This document shows positions 24,161 through 32,475 of a DNA stretch of 64,000 bases, piece by piece. Every line of letters begins with the position of its first letter. Positions within the stretch are counted from its first letter, which is position 1. Below the pieces are notes generated by a model, which worked only from the letters and a program-made list of their open reading frames with translations, had not been told where the DNA came from and made no database searches. A program made the position numbers and the translations under genes. Source of the stretch: Camelus dromedarius (Eukaryota); NCBI RefSeq assembly GCF_036321535.1, contig NC_087436.1, forward strand, positions 105,526,001-105,590,000. Reading direction: 5' to 3'.

Positions 24161-24797
24161 CCACGCCAACAAAACAAGGCCAAGAACAGAATGCAGTATT
24201 TCCATCTCCCAGGGGTGATACTTCATTTTCAGGTTTCCAAGATGCTGAAGAGGGTCTCTGGGAGCTAGAAGTCCTAGTTGAGACACTGTTTCTCCACTTT
24301 TCCTGACAAATGGACATAACATCCATCTTGCAGGGTTGATCCAAGATTAACAGGCGCTGAAACATTAAATAAATGATGGCTTTCACAACTGTAAAATGGG
24401 TTCAGAACCTCTCAGTCTACCTGCTCATCTCCACAGGAAGTGTTTCTGCAAGTACGGAAAGCTCACTACTGGTGTTGGTTCAGGACAGGATTTTAGGTGA
24501 CGTGGGAAAACCACCTTGAATAGTATGGACTCGAGTGAAGAGTCCCCTGCCCTCTGTAATTCTCTTTCAGTCCATCCTCTTAGAAGAACGTCTCAGTTTG
24601 ATGCCAATGTCTTTAACACCTCTCTCCACACGTGCTAAGCAACACACTCGGAGCTTTGGTTCTATTTAGAATTCATTACTGTTTTATTTTCAATGTTTTC
24701 ATTTGTTGTCTATTTATGACAGTTGATAATTTAAGAAATAAACAGAAATACATATGAGTAGCTTAAAAAATCATGTTAACTATATAACAACATGCGG

Positions 24798-24922
24798 TTC
24801 ATTCACTCATAGGTTCAACAGATAATTGTAGAGCAACTACTATGTGCCAGGCCTTGTACCCAATGTTCATCAGAGGAGGAAGCAACCCTCTGCCCGAGTG
24901 GGGCTTGCATTCTAGCGGTGGG
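24798..24922 (-). mobile_element. L2 3' fragment
   Basis: ttcattcactca...ttcaacagataattgtagagcaactactatgtgccaggc...gcttgcattctag. Confidence 0.65.
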
Positions 24923-25077
24923 AGCCGCGTTGATGTTCAGGGAATGGCTGGATTTGGGGACTTGCTTCTTGCGTGGGGCACAAGAGGTGCCCACCAAGCC
25001 CGCCTCCCACCGGGAGAGCGGTAATCCTGTAGTCAGAAGTTACCTGCCACCTATGACCCCGAAGGAGGCCCAGAGCC

Positions 25078-25237
25078 GGGTCCAGGGTCTGCGCGGGGTC
25101 CCAGGCTGCGCACAGGGGGCGGGGTACACGGGGTCCCGGGACTGTGCAGGGTCAGGGAGCCGCGCAGGGTCGTGGGGCTGCGCGGGGTCGGGGGTCTGCG
25201 CGGGGTCCTGGGACTGTGCAGGGTCCCGGGCTGCACG
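25078..25237 (+). repeat. 18-bp G-rich minisatellite, ~9 degenerate units (consensus GGGTCCNGGGNCTGCGCR)
   Basis: Units start at 25078, 25096, (25114 degenerate), 25131, 25149, 25167, 25185, 25203 and 25221, e.g. gggtcccgggactgtgca / gggtcctgggactgtgca / gggtcgggggtctgcgcg. Confidence 0.85.
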
Positions 25238-25433
25238 GGGCGGGCCAGGGCCCGCTCGGCGGTGGCTGTGGCCCGGGCGGGCCGCGGCTCCTCCTCCCCT
25301 TCCTCCCGCGGAGGCTGACGTTGAGTCAACAGCGCGGGCGGCCGCAGGAGGCGGCGGTGCGGCGGCTCGGAGGCGCCGGGCCCTCTCGGGGCCGCGCGGG
25401 GCCCAGGTGGCTGCGACCGCGGTGGTGCGGCAG

Positions 25434-25466
25434 GAGGAGGCGGCGGCGGCGGCGGCGGAGGAGGAG
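25434..25466 (+). repeat. (GAG)2(GCG)6(GAG)3 trinucleotide repeat in the CCDC149 5' leader
   Basis: Direct reading; (GCG)6 at 25440-25457. Confidence 0.9.
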
Positions 25467-25476
25467 GGCGGCGTCC

Positions 25477-25512
25477 ATGAAGCCGCCCCGCGTCCGGAGG
25501 AGAAGGCCATGA
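25477..25512 (+). other. Upstream ORF MKPPRVRRRRP*, whose TGA overlaps the CCDC149 ATG (ATGA)
   Basis: ATG AAG CCG CCC CGC GTC CGG AGG AGA AGG CCA TGA; the TGA at 25510-25512 shares TG with the ATG at 25509-25511. Translation is not demonstrated. Confidence 0.6.
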
Positions 25513-25556
25513 ACGGCGACCGGACCGAGAGCGACTGGCAGGGGCTGGTGAGCGAG
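25509..25556 (+). CDS. CCDC149: CCDC149 coding exon 1 (MNGDRTESDWQGLVSE)
   Basis: ATG in aaggccATGA context inside the CpG island; 48 nt; donor GAG|gtgagg at 25557; phase 0, joins exon 2 in frame. The peptide matches the CCDC149 long-form N-terminus as recalled. Confidence 0.88.
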
Positions 25557-26807
25557 GTGAGGCCGAGACGCCGGCCAGGCGGGGTGGGCCGGGCCGAGCA
25601 GCCGCCAGCCCCGAGCCCGCGCCCCCCCTCCCCCGGTGGCCGAGCCCGGGCGGCGACTCGCGGGGGACGCGCACCCCGCGGCCTTGGCTCGCTGCCCCCG
25701 CGCGCCCGGCCAGGTGCGCCGTTCCTCCCGCACTTTCCGGTCGGCGGGCGCCACTTTCTTCCACGCCAGCTGGTGCCAGCCTTTGGGGAGGGGCCTTCCC
25801 TCCGGGCAGGGTTTGGCCCTGGATTGGAGAGAGAAGCGCGGGGATCCAGGAGTAGGAGCTAAGCCCCACCTGCCTTCTCGGTTACCACTGTTCTGGAGCC
25901 AAGCGATTGGTCGCCCGCGGCTGAAGCGGAAAGGTGGTGCCGGGGTGGGGGTGGGGGGAAATCCGGGTCCCGGGGCAGCACCCGGGCCAGGTGGAATCGC
26001 CTGCAGCGGAGGTTGGGGCGGGAGCAGTTCGGGGTTCTCCAAAGCCTTTGTTCATTCACTCATTCAATTCAGTCAACACAACGCTGGTGCAAAAGTCATT
26101 CGACTTGTGAAAGCAGAGAATACCACGCCCCCCAAACTATTTTGTCATAAACACCCCTGGGGTCCGCTTCGGGACTCCCATGCTGTCCCTTCTTCAGTCA
26201 CCTTAAGGGTGTTTTGGCCTGGGAGGGGCTGCCTGACTTCTCCAGGTGAGAGGGGGTGCTGATGCCTTTCTCTCGCGTTAAGTTGCTCGTCCTGATGTCC
26301 CACCGTGGCTGACGGCACTCAGCCACGTTACCCAGCCACGCTGACTATTCCCCCGGACACCCCCATCCCCAAGGCCACCTTGGGTCTTCTTTTTCACTCT
26401 CCTTTGCACACAATGCAGGATGTAGTGATTTTCTCTCTTCCTTCCCATGTTGGGTGTTGGAAGTGAAACCTACTGTCTTTCTCCTTTAATCATTTGTTTG
26501 GGCCTCCAGGTTAGTCTGATAACTATTTAATGTCCACTGTGTGCAAAGCATTGTATTTCTGAAGAGGAATGTACTGTCATAGCTTCTCCCCAAGTTTCGT
26601 GTATTCACTCTCGGTCTGTACAAAATAACTATACAGTACTAGGGTACATTGTCCCCATCTCCTCTGTCAGGCTTTATGTCAAAGGAAAGATCCTCGGGGA
26701 TCTTTTTTCTTGGCCCATCAAGAATCATTCCCAGTAGTCAAGGAAGCTGGAGGCGGTTCTTCATAGAAGTCCAGTGCTGGGCTCTGAAATAGTAGAATGT
26801 TTACTAC

Positions 26808-27010
26808 TCCAACAAACACTTGTTGAATGCCTTTTAGGATTCAGATACATCGCTAGGTATTTGGGATGTAGTGGCCAAGAAGACAGACAGCCCTTTCTGC
26901 CATCATAGAACCCCTGAAGCACATGGTATGGTTTGGGAGGAGAGTCACACAGTAAACACTGAGAGTATACTAAAGGGTGGATGTGAAGGATGAGAAACCA
27001 GAGAAGGCAG
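26808..27010 (-). mobile_element. L2 3' fragment
   Basis: caacaaacacttgttgaatgcc...ctaggtatttgggatgtagtggccaagaagacagacagccct. Confidence 0.6.
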
Positions 27011-27394
27011 TGCTCGCTTGCATGGCTGTCCCTGGAGGGAGCACACCTCTACCCTGCACTGACCACGTGGGATTGTGGCCTCATGGTCTCCCCACTAGGC
27101 TGGGAGTTTTTATTTGGCTCTTTGCTCCAAGTGCCCATTCTTGGAGCTCCATATACGGCAGCTGCTCAGAAAATACTTCTAGAATAAGTCAAGTTCTGGA
27201 AATGGGTCTTTTAGGAGTTGTCTTGTCTACCCCAGCTGCGTTTCTCCAGAGTAATGCCTTCTTGCCTTCAGATAATTCATTAAAGCTTAGGATGCTGTGG
27301 GGATGTGAAAATGAACACAGCGTGCTTCCTGCCTTCACAGTAGCTTATGGCCATTTCTTGAGTCCATCCCTGATGTTCAGCATTTCTCATGGCC

Positions 27395-27555
27395 TCGTTC
27401 TCATAATGGTATAAGGTAGGAGTTATTTCATATTTTACAGAGGAGAAAACTGGCTCAGACCAGCAAAGGAACTTGCCCAGAGTCTCACAGCTGGAGAGGG
27501 CAGAATCTGAACCCTGGTCCGCCTTGACTCCAGGGCTCGGGGTTCCTAGGCCACG
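27395..27555 (-). mobile_element. MIR SINE
   Basis: attttacagaggagaaaactggctcaga...aacttgcccagagtctcacagctgga...ggcagaatctgaaccctggtc. Confidence 0.8.
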
Positions 27556-27664
27556 CTTTGTATTTTAATCTCCGGTTCATCTGTGTCTTCCCCTAGGCAG
27601 CAGGTTCCCCAAGGGAGGGAGCCACGTCTTATTCTTCTTTAAATCCTCAGCAACGGGATGGGAT

Positions 27665-28400
27665 CAGTGTTTCTAGAATATGATGTACAGATCACCTACA
27701 TCAGAGTCATTTTGTGAGCAAAAAATACAGTGAGTCACTTGGAATTTTGGGGAAAAATGCAAATTTCTGGGTCCCTCCCCAAATCTACTGTAGTGGATTG
27801 AATCGTGTTCTTTCCCCCATGGAAACATCTAAGTCCTAACGTCCCAGTAACTTATTTGGAAATAAGACCTTATTTGGAAACAGGCTCTTTGTATGTATAA
27901 TCAAGCTAAGGATCTTTAAATGATCCTGGATTTAGGAGGGGCCCTAAATCTAATGACTTGTGTTCTTATAAGAGAAAGCAAAGATAGATTTGAGACACAG
28001 AGATACAAGGGAGGAGGCTATGGGAAAGCAGGGATGCACAGAGAGGAGGTCCATATGACGACAGAGACAGACATTGGAGTTAGGCAGCGACAGCCAAGGG
28101 ATGCCAAAGGTGGCCGGCAGCCATCAGAAACGGGGTGAGGCTTGGAATAGATTCTGCCTCATAGCCTCTAGAAGGAGCCAATCCTGCCGACAGTGTGTTC
28201 TTGGACTTCTAGCCTCCACAACTGTGAGAGGATAAATTTCTATGTTTTAAGCCACCCAGTTTGTAGCGATTTGTTATGGCAACCACAGGAAACTAATGAC
28301 CTTATCTGCGTGAAAGTGCTTAGGGGTGTGGCCCCCAAATCTGCTTTTCTCACCAACGGGGCTCCCCAAGTAATTCCCCTGCCTACTCAAGTTCTGCTGA
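27665..28400. mobile_element. MER5-like hAT MITE split by an MLT1D LTR
   Basis: Left part cagtgtttcta...atcagagtca...aaaatgcaaatttctgggtccctccccaaatctac. Right part ttaggggtgtggcccccaaatctgcttttctcaccaac...ctccccaagtaattc. Confidence 0.55.
27789..28298 (+). mobile_element. MLT1C/D-type LTR (near full length)
   Basis: tgtagtggattgaatcgtg...ccttatttggaaa...ttggacttctagcctccacaactgtgagaggataaatttctatgttttaagccacccagtttgt...ggaaactaat. Confidence 0.85.
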
Positions 28401-29344
28401 CCTGGCTTCCCTGGGTGTGGACTGGGTCTGGTGTGGAGAAATCATCTGGGGCTCAGGAAAGTAGGATTCAAGGAAGAGTATGGTCAGTGGCTAGTGGTCT
28501 TTGAAAGTGATTTTGGAAGCCGATGGAAGGAGCTGGGGAAGGCATCACCAGACATCTGACCTGGGTCAGATGGGCTTTTGACAGCTCATGCCTATTTCTG
28601 CAGAAGTCCCGGGTTCTGCCTCCCGCCTTGTGTCCACACGCCATCGCCCTTCCTGCCCAGAGCCCTGTGCTCTCTTTCAATCAGTTTGCTTCCTCGGCTG
28701 GCCTCCAGGAAACATTTTTTATGGAAATGATGTTATAGAGATCAGTCTTGTTTTCAGAGTTTTAGTGTAACAAGGCGAAATCACAGCCGTCTCTCAGGCC
28801 CTGAAGTAAACACGGCCACGCATGTGAAAGGAGCTTGGCTGGTGTTCTCTTCTGGAAATTAACCGTCTGGGGAGGGGGAAGTGTGTTCCTCTTCACCACC
28901 TGAGGTGATCTTTTCAAATCAGGGGGAAATCTTGAAATGCAGTCGTGCAGACAATCAATAACTTTATTTCTAAGATAAAAGTCCTGGTCATCTCTTAGCC
29001 TGCTGCCCTGTGATAAACCATGCCCAATTCAATTTCACTATTTGAATTTTGGTTAATTAATTAGATAGCAATCAATCCTATATTCCTTGAGCACGTTGTA
29101 TGCAGTGTCTGTGAGGCAGATATAGAAGATGGTTCACCCTGGGCCTCTGCCCAAGGTAGAGCAGCTGACACTTGGGAGAGAGGCTGAGCAAGCCTGCAGT
29201 CTGACCCTGCGGTTAAGGGCGCAGCTTTGGGTCTCATTTGTTGACTGAGATTGGAGGGGAAGTCTTGACTCTATTTCTTTCTTGGTGCAAATGGTCACAA
29301 ACCCAACCCAAGGAGGTTCAGCTCAGAGGGAAGTTATTGACTGA

Positions 29345-29820
29345 TATTGTGGGTTGAATTGTGTCCTCCCCAAAATACATTCAAGTCCCAAACACCCCCA
29401 AACCTGTGATTGAGACCCAGTTTGGAAACTGGATCTTTGCGGATGTAATCAAGTTAAGATGAGGTCACTTGAATGGGCTTCTAATCCAATGACCAGTGTC
29501 CTTAAGAAGAGGGAAATTTGGGTGCAGAGATGCACAAAGGGAAGACAACGTGAAGACACAGAGGAAGGAAGGCCGTGTGATGCCGGAAGCAGAGATTGGA
29601 GTTACGTTGCCCCAAGCCAAGGGCCCAGCCATGGATTGCTGGCAGCTACTGGGAGCTAGGAAGAGGGAAGGAAGTATCTTCCCCTAGAGCCTTATTAGGG
29701 AGCTACCAACGCCTTGGTTTTGGACTCCTAACCTCCATGACTATCAGAGAATTAATTTCTGTTGTTTTAAGTCACCCAGTTTCTGCAATTTGTTGCGACA
29801 GCCTCTAGCAAATGAATATA
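29345..29820 (+). mobile_element. MLT1C-type LTR, inserted in an older MLT1K-like LTR (~29270-30120)
   Basis: tgtgggttgaattgtgtcctcccc...ctttgcggatgtaatcaagttaagatgaggtca...aatttctgttgttttaagtcacccagttt...gcaaatgaatata. Confidence 0.85.
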
Positions 29821-30209
29821 GCCGACATGACTAATAATTCCCTGAGGGGGGTGGCTTTGGGCACAGCTGGATTCAGCACACAAACAGATGTTTTTCTCTC
29901 CATTTTGGGGGTTGCTTGCTGCCCGGCTTCAGTGTCAGCCTCCCACCTTCTCAAGTTCAAGACCAGAAGGGAAGACAGAAAGTCTTATGCAGGAGATTCT
30001 GTAAAACTCTAGGAGTCACTCCATTGGAACCCACTTGGGTCCCTCACCTGCCCTGGAGGAAATTGCTCAGGAGTGGAGTGATCTGATTGCCTCAGGCCTG
30101 CAGTTGTGCGGGAGGCCTGGCCCAGGCCACGTGGACTGTGAGTGGGTTGGGGCTGTTGGGACTGTTTGCCAGAAGAAGAGGAATGGTTGCTGAGAGAATC
30201 ACCACACCG

Positions 30210-30360
30210 TGCGACTTCTCTGAGCCTCCTTTTTCTCATCTGTAAACAGGATAACATGGTACCTACTGCACAGGTGCGATGATTGTGAGGATCCAATGAA
30301 ATAATTCTTGTTAGCTCTTTGCTCTTTGCCCAGCAAGCAGAAGTGTTCAACAAACATTAG
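30210..30360 (+). mobile_element. MIR SINE
   Basis: cttctctgagcctccttttctcatctgtaaacaggataacatggtacctact...tgtgaggatccaatgaaataat. Confidence 0.75.
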
Positions 30361-30954
30361 TACAATGAGGGTGAACCCCAGGACTCAAACTCAGGTGTTC
30401 ACGAAATGAAAGCTTCTTAATTTTGCTATAACACCTGAATCATGATTATAAACTCCCATGGTAAGGGTGGTGGGAACGTAATCTGGATTGGAGTCACCCC
30501 TCTGCCTGAACTTGTATTTGAGTTCGAGGGGCTATAAGTAGTACTCAGCCACTGGCAGGCATGATGGGATGGGGGCACACACCTGGGCTGGGCTATTTGT
30601 GTTCAGCCACATCCTCCTCATATCAGTCTAGGATCTGGTCACTGGTCACTGTCGGTCACTGTTGTGTCCTCCCTTGTTTCCCTCTCGGGCCTCTTCTGGC
30701 CCCTGTCACACCCATGCTGCTTTGGGTGAATGGAGAACAAGGTGATGGATTCCTCCTCTGCTGCTCTGGGCATGGGGGACTTTGCTCCCTTGCCCACGGT
30801 GGGGGACCTCAGTCATGTTCTGCTGTCCCTGAGTCACTCCTGAGCTGAGGGAAACTTTGGGAAACTATGGTGCAGTTCTCTTCATAGATGCACCACACCT
30901 CACCAGGCTGGGTCCAGGAAATTGAGGATTATTTTTCACTTCCTAAGAAAGAAG

Positions 30955-31420
30955 GGTATATTCGTCAAAATCTAAGCCACTTAACAAAGATACCTACTCC
31001 CAAAAATATATTGTTTTAAATAAGGTAGATATTTAGGTCTCTTTTGTGCCATAGTGGAGTGGTTCAGGCTGGGAAGGCAGCCCCGCTCCATGAGTCAGTA
31101 AAGAACCCAGGTTTCTCCCATCTTGTTTCTCTACCGTTTCTTAGAGGGTGGTCCTCTGTATAACTGTGTAATTAAAGCTGGGTTCCTGCCATGTTTTGTC
31201 CCAGCCCATGGGAAGGGGAAAGAGAGAGAGAGAAAGAGGAAGTCCAAGTCAAGGGGCTTTTTTTTTTTTTTTTTTAATTAGGGATGACTAGAGAGCTGTA
31301 CATATCCCTTCTCACATCCCATTGGTCTGAGCACGGTCATATGGCCACACCTAGCTGCAAGGGAAGCTAGGAAATACCCGCTTTAGCTGGATGTGCCCAG
31401 CTTAAATTTGGGAGGGTTCT
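30955..31420 (-). mobile_element. MLT1J-like LTR
   Basis: tcacatcccattggtctgagcacggtcatatggccacacctagctgcaagggaagctaggaaat. Confidence 0.6.
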
Positions 31421-32475
31421 ATTAAAAAGTTAGAAAAGTAGGACATGAAAAACACAAACCATAAAAGGAAAAAAAGGATAAGTTGGACTTTACCAAGACT
31501 AAAAATTTCTGCTCTTTGAAAATCTCTGTTAGGAAAATGAAAAGACAAGCCAGACTAGGAGAAATTTTGTGTGGAACCCATATCTGATATCCAGAATATA
31601 TAAACAACTCTCACAACACAATAGTGAGAAAACAACCTAATTTTAAAAATGGGCAAAAGAGTTAAATAGACACTGCACTGAAGAAGAGATTCCAATGGCA
31701 GACAAGCACACGAACTCAGCATCATCAGTCATTAGGATAATGTAAAATAAAACCACAATAAGATGCCACAACGCGTCTATTAGAATGGAAAAACAAACTC
31801 ACAAGTCAAAAATGGAAAAACTAAGTGCTGACTAGGCTGCAGAGCAACTGGAAGACTCCTATGTTGCCAGGGGAATATAAAATGGTACAGCCGCTTTTGG
31901 AAACAGTTTTACAGGTTCTCATAAAGTCAAATACGCACTTAACCCAACAAGCTAGCATTCCCACTCCCAGTTGTTGACCTGAGAGAAATGAAGACACACA
32001 TCCACACAAAATCCTGTATGTGAATGTTTATAGCAGTTTTATTTATAATTGCCGAAGATGGGAAACAAGCAGTGTTCACTAACAGGCAGGTGGATAACTT
32101 GCTACATCCATGTCATGGAATCCTGCTTAGCGATAAGATGGAACAGACCACAGATCCATGCAAAAACGTGGATGAGTCCTAAAAACATTTGGCACCTGCA
32201 CAGACTAGAAGATTCTGCTTATGTGAAACTCTTGAAAAGGCACAACTAAAAGGACAGAAAAACAGCTCAGTGGTTGCCATAGCCTGGAGTGGGTGAGCAG
32301 ATTGACTGCAGAGGCACACGAGGAGCCTTTCTGGAGTGATGGGCAGAGTCTACACCTCAACTGTGTCAATGGCTACATGACTACATAAGTTTGTTAAATC
32401 CATAGATCTGTACACCTCAAAAGGATGAGTTTTTCTTTATGTAAATTATACCTCAATAAACCTAAGTTTTTAAAA
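31421..32475 (+). mobile_element. Old L1 (L1MB/MC-like) ORF2 3' end + 3'UTR
   Basis: aaaatttctgctctttgaaa...gaaaatgaaaagacaagcc...aaaatggtacagccgcttttggaaacagttt...tatgtaaattatacctcaataaa. Confidence 0.85.

Larger units (their letters stand above)
25000..26100 (+). promoter_or_regulatory. CCDC149: CpG island promoter / first exon region of CCDC149
   Basis: Abrupt, very GC- and CpG-rich kilobase in otherwise CpG-poor DNA. It contains GGGCGG boxes, TGACG plus TGAGTCA (25316-25328) and coding exon 1. The exact TSS cannot be determined from sequence. Confidence 0.9.

Noticed and set aside
25078..25237. Regularly spaced repeats as a possible CRISPR array
   Set aside because: Contiguous tandem units with no unique spacers, no cas genes, and a mammalian context.
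24918..26262. Six long overlapping ORFs (122-314 aa) on both strands
   Set aside because: Low-complexity Gly/Ala/Pro/Arg translations of a stop-poor CpG island; only 25509-25556 has splice and homology support.
26686..26710. Hairpin aaagatcc-tcgg-ggatcttt followed by Ts, resembling a bacterial intrinsic terminator
   Set aside because: An 8-bp stem is expected by chance in 64 kb, and this mechanism does not apply to a mammalian intron.
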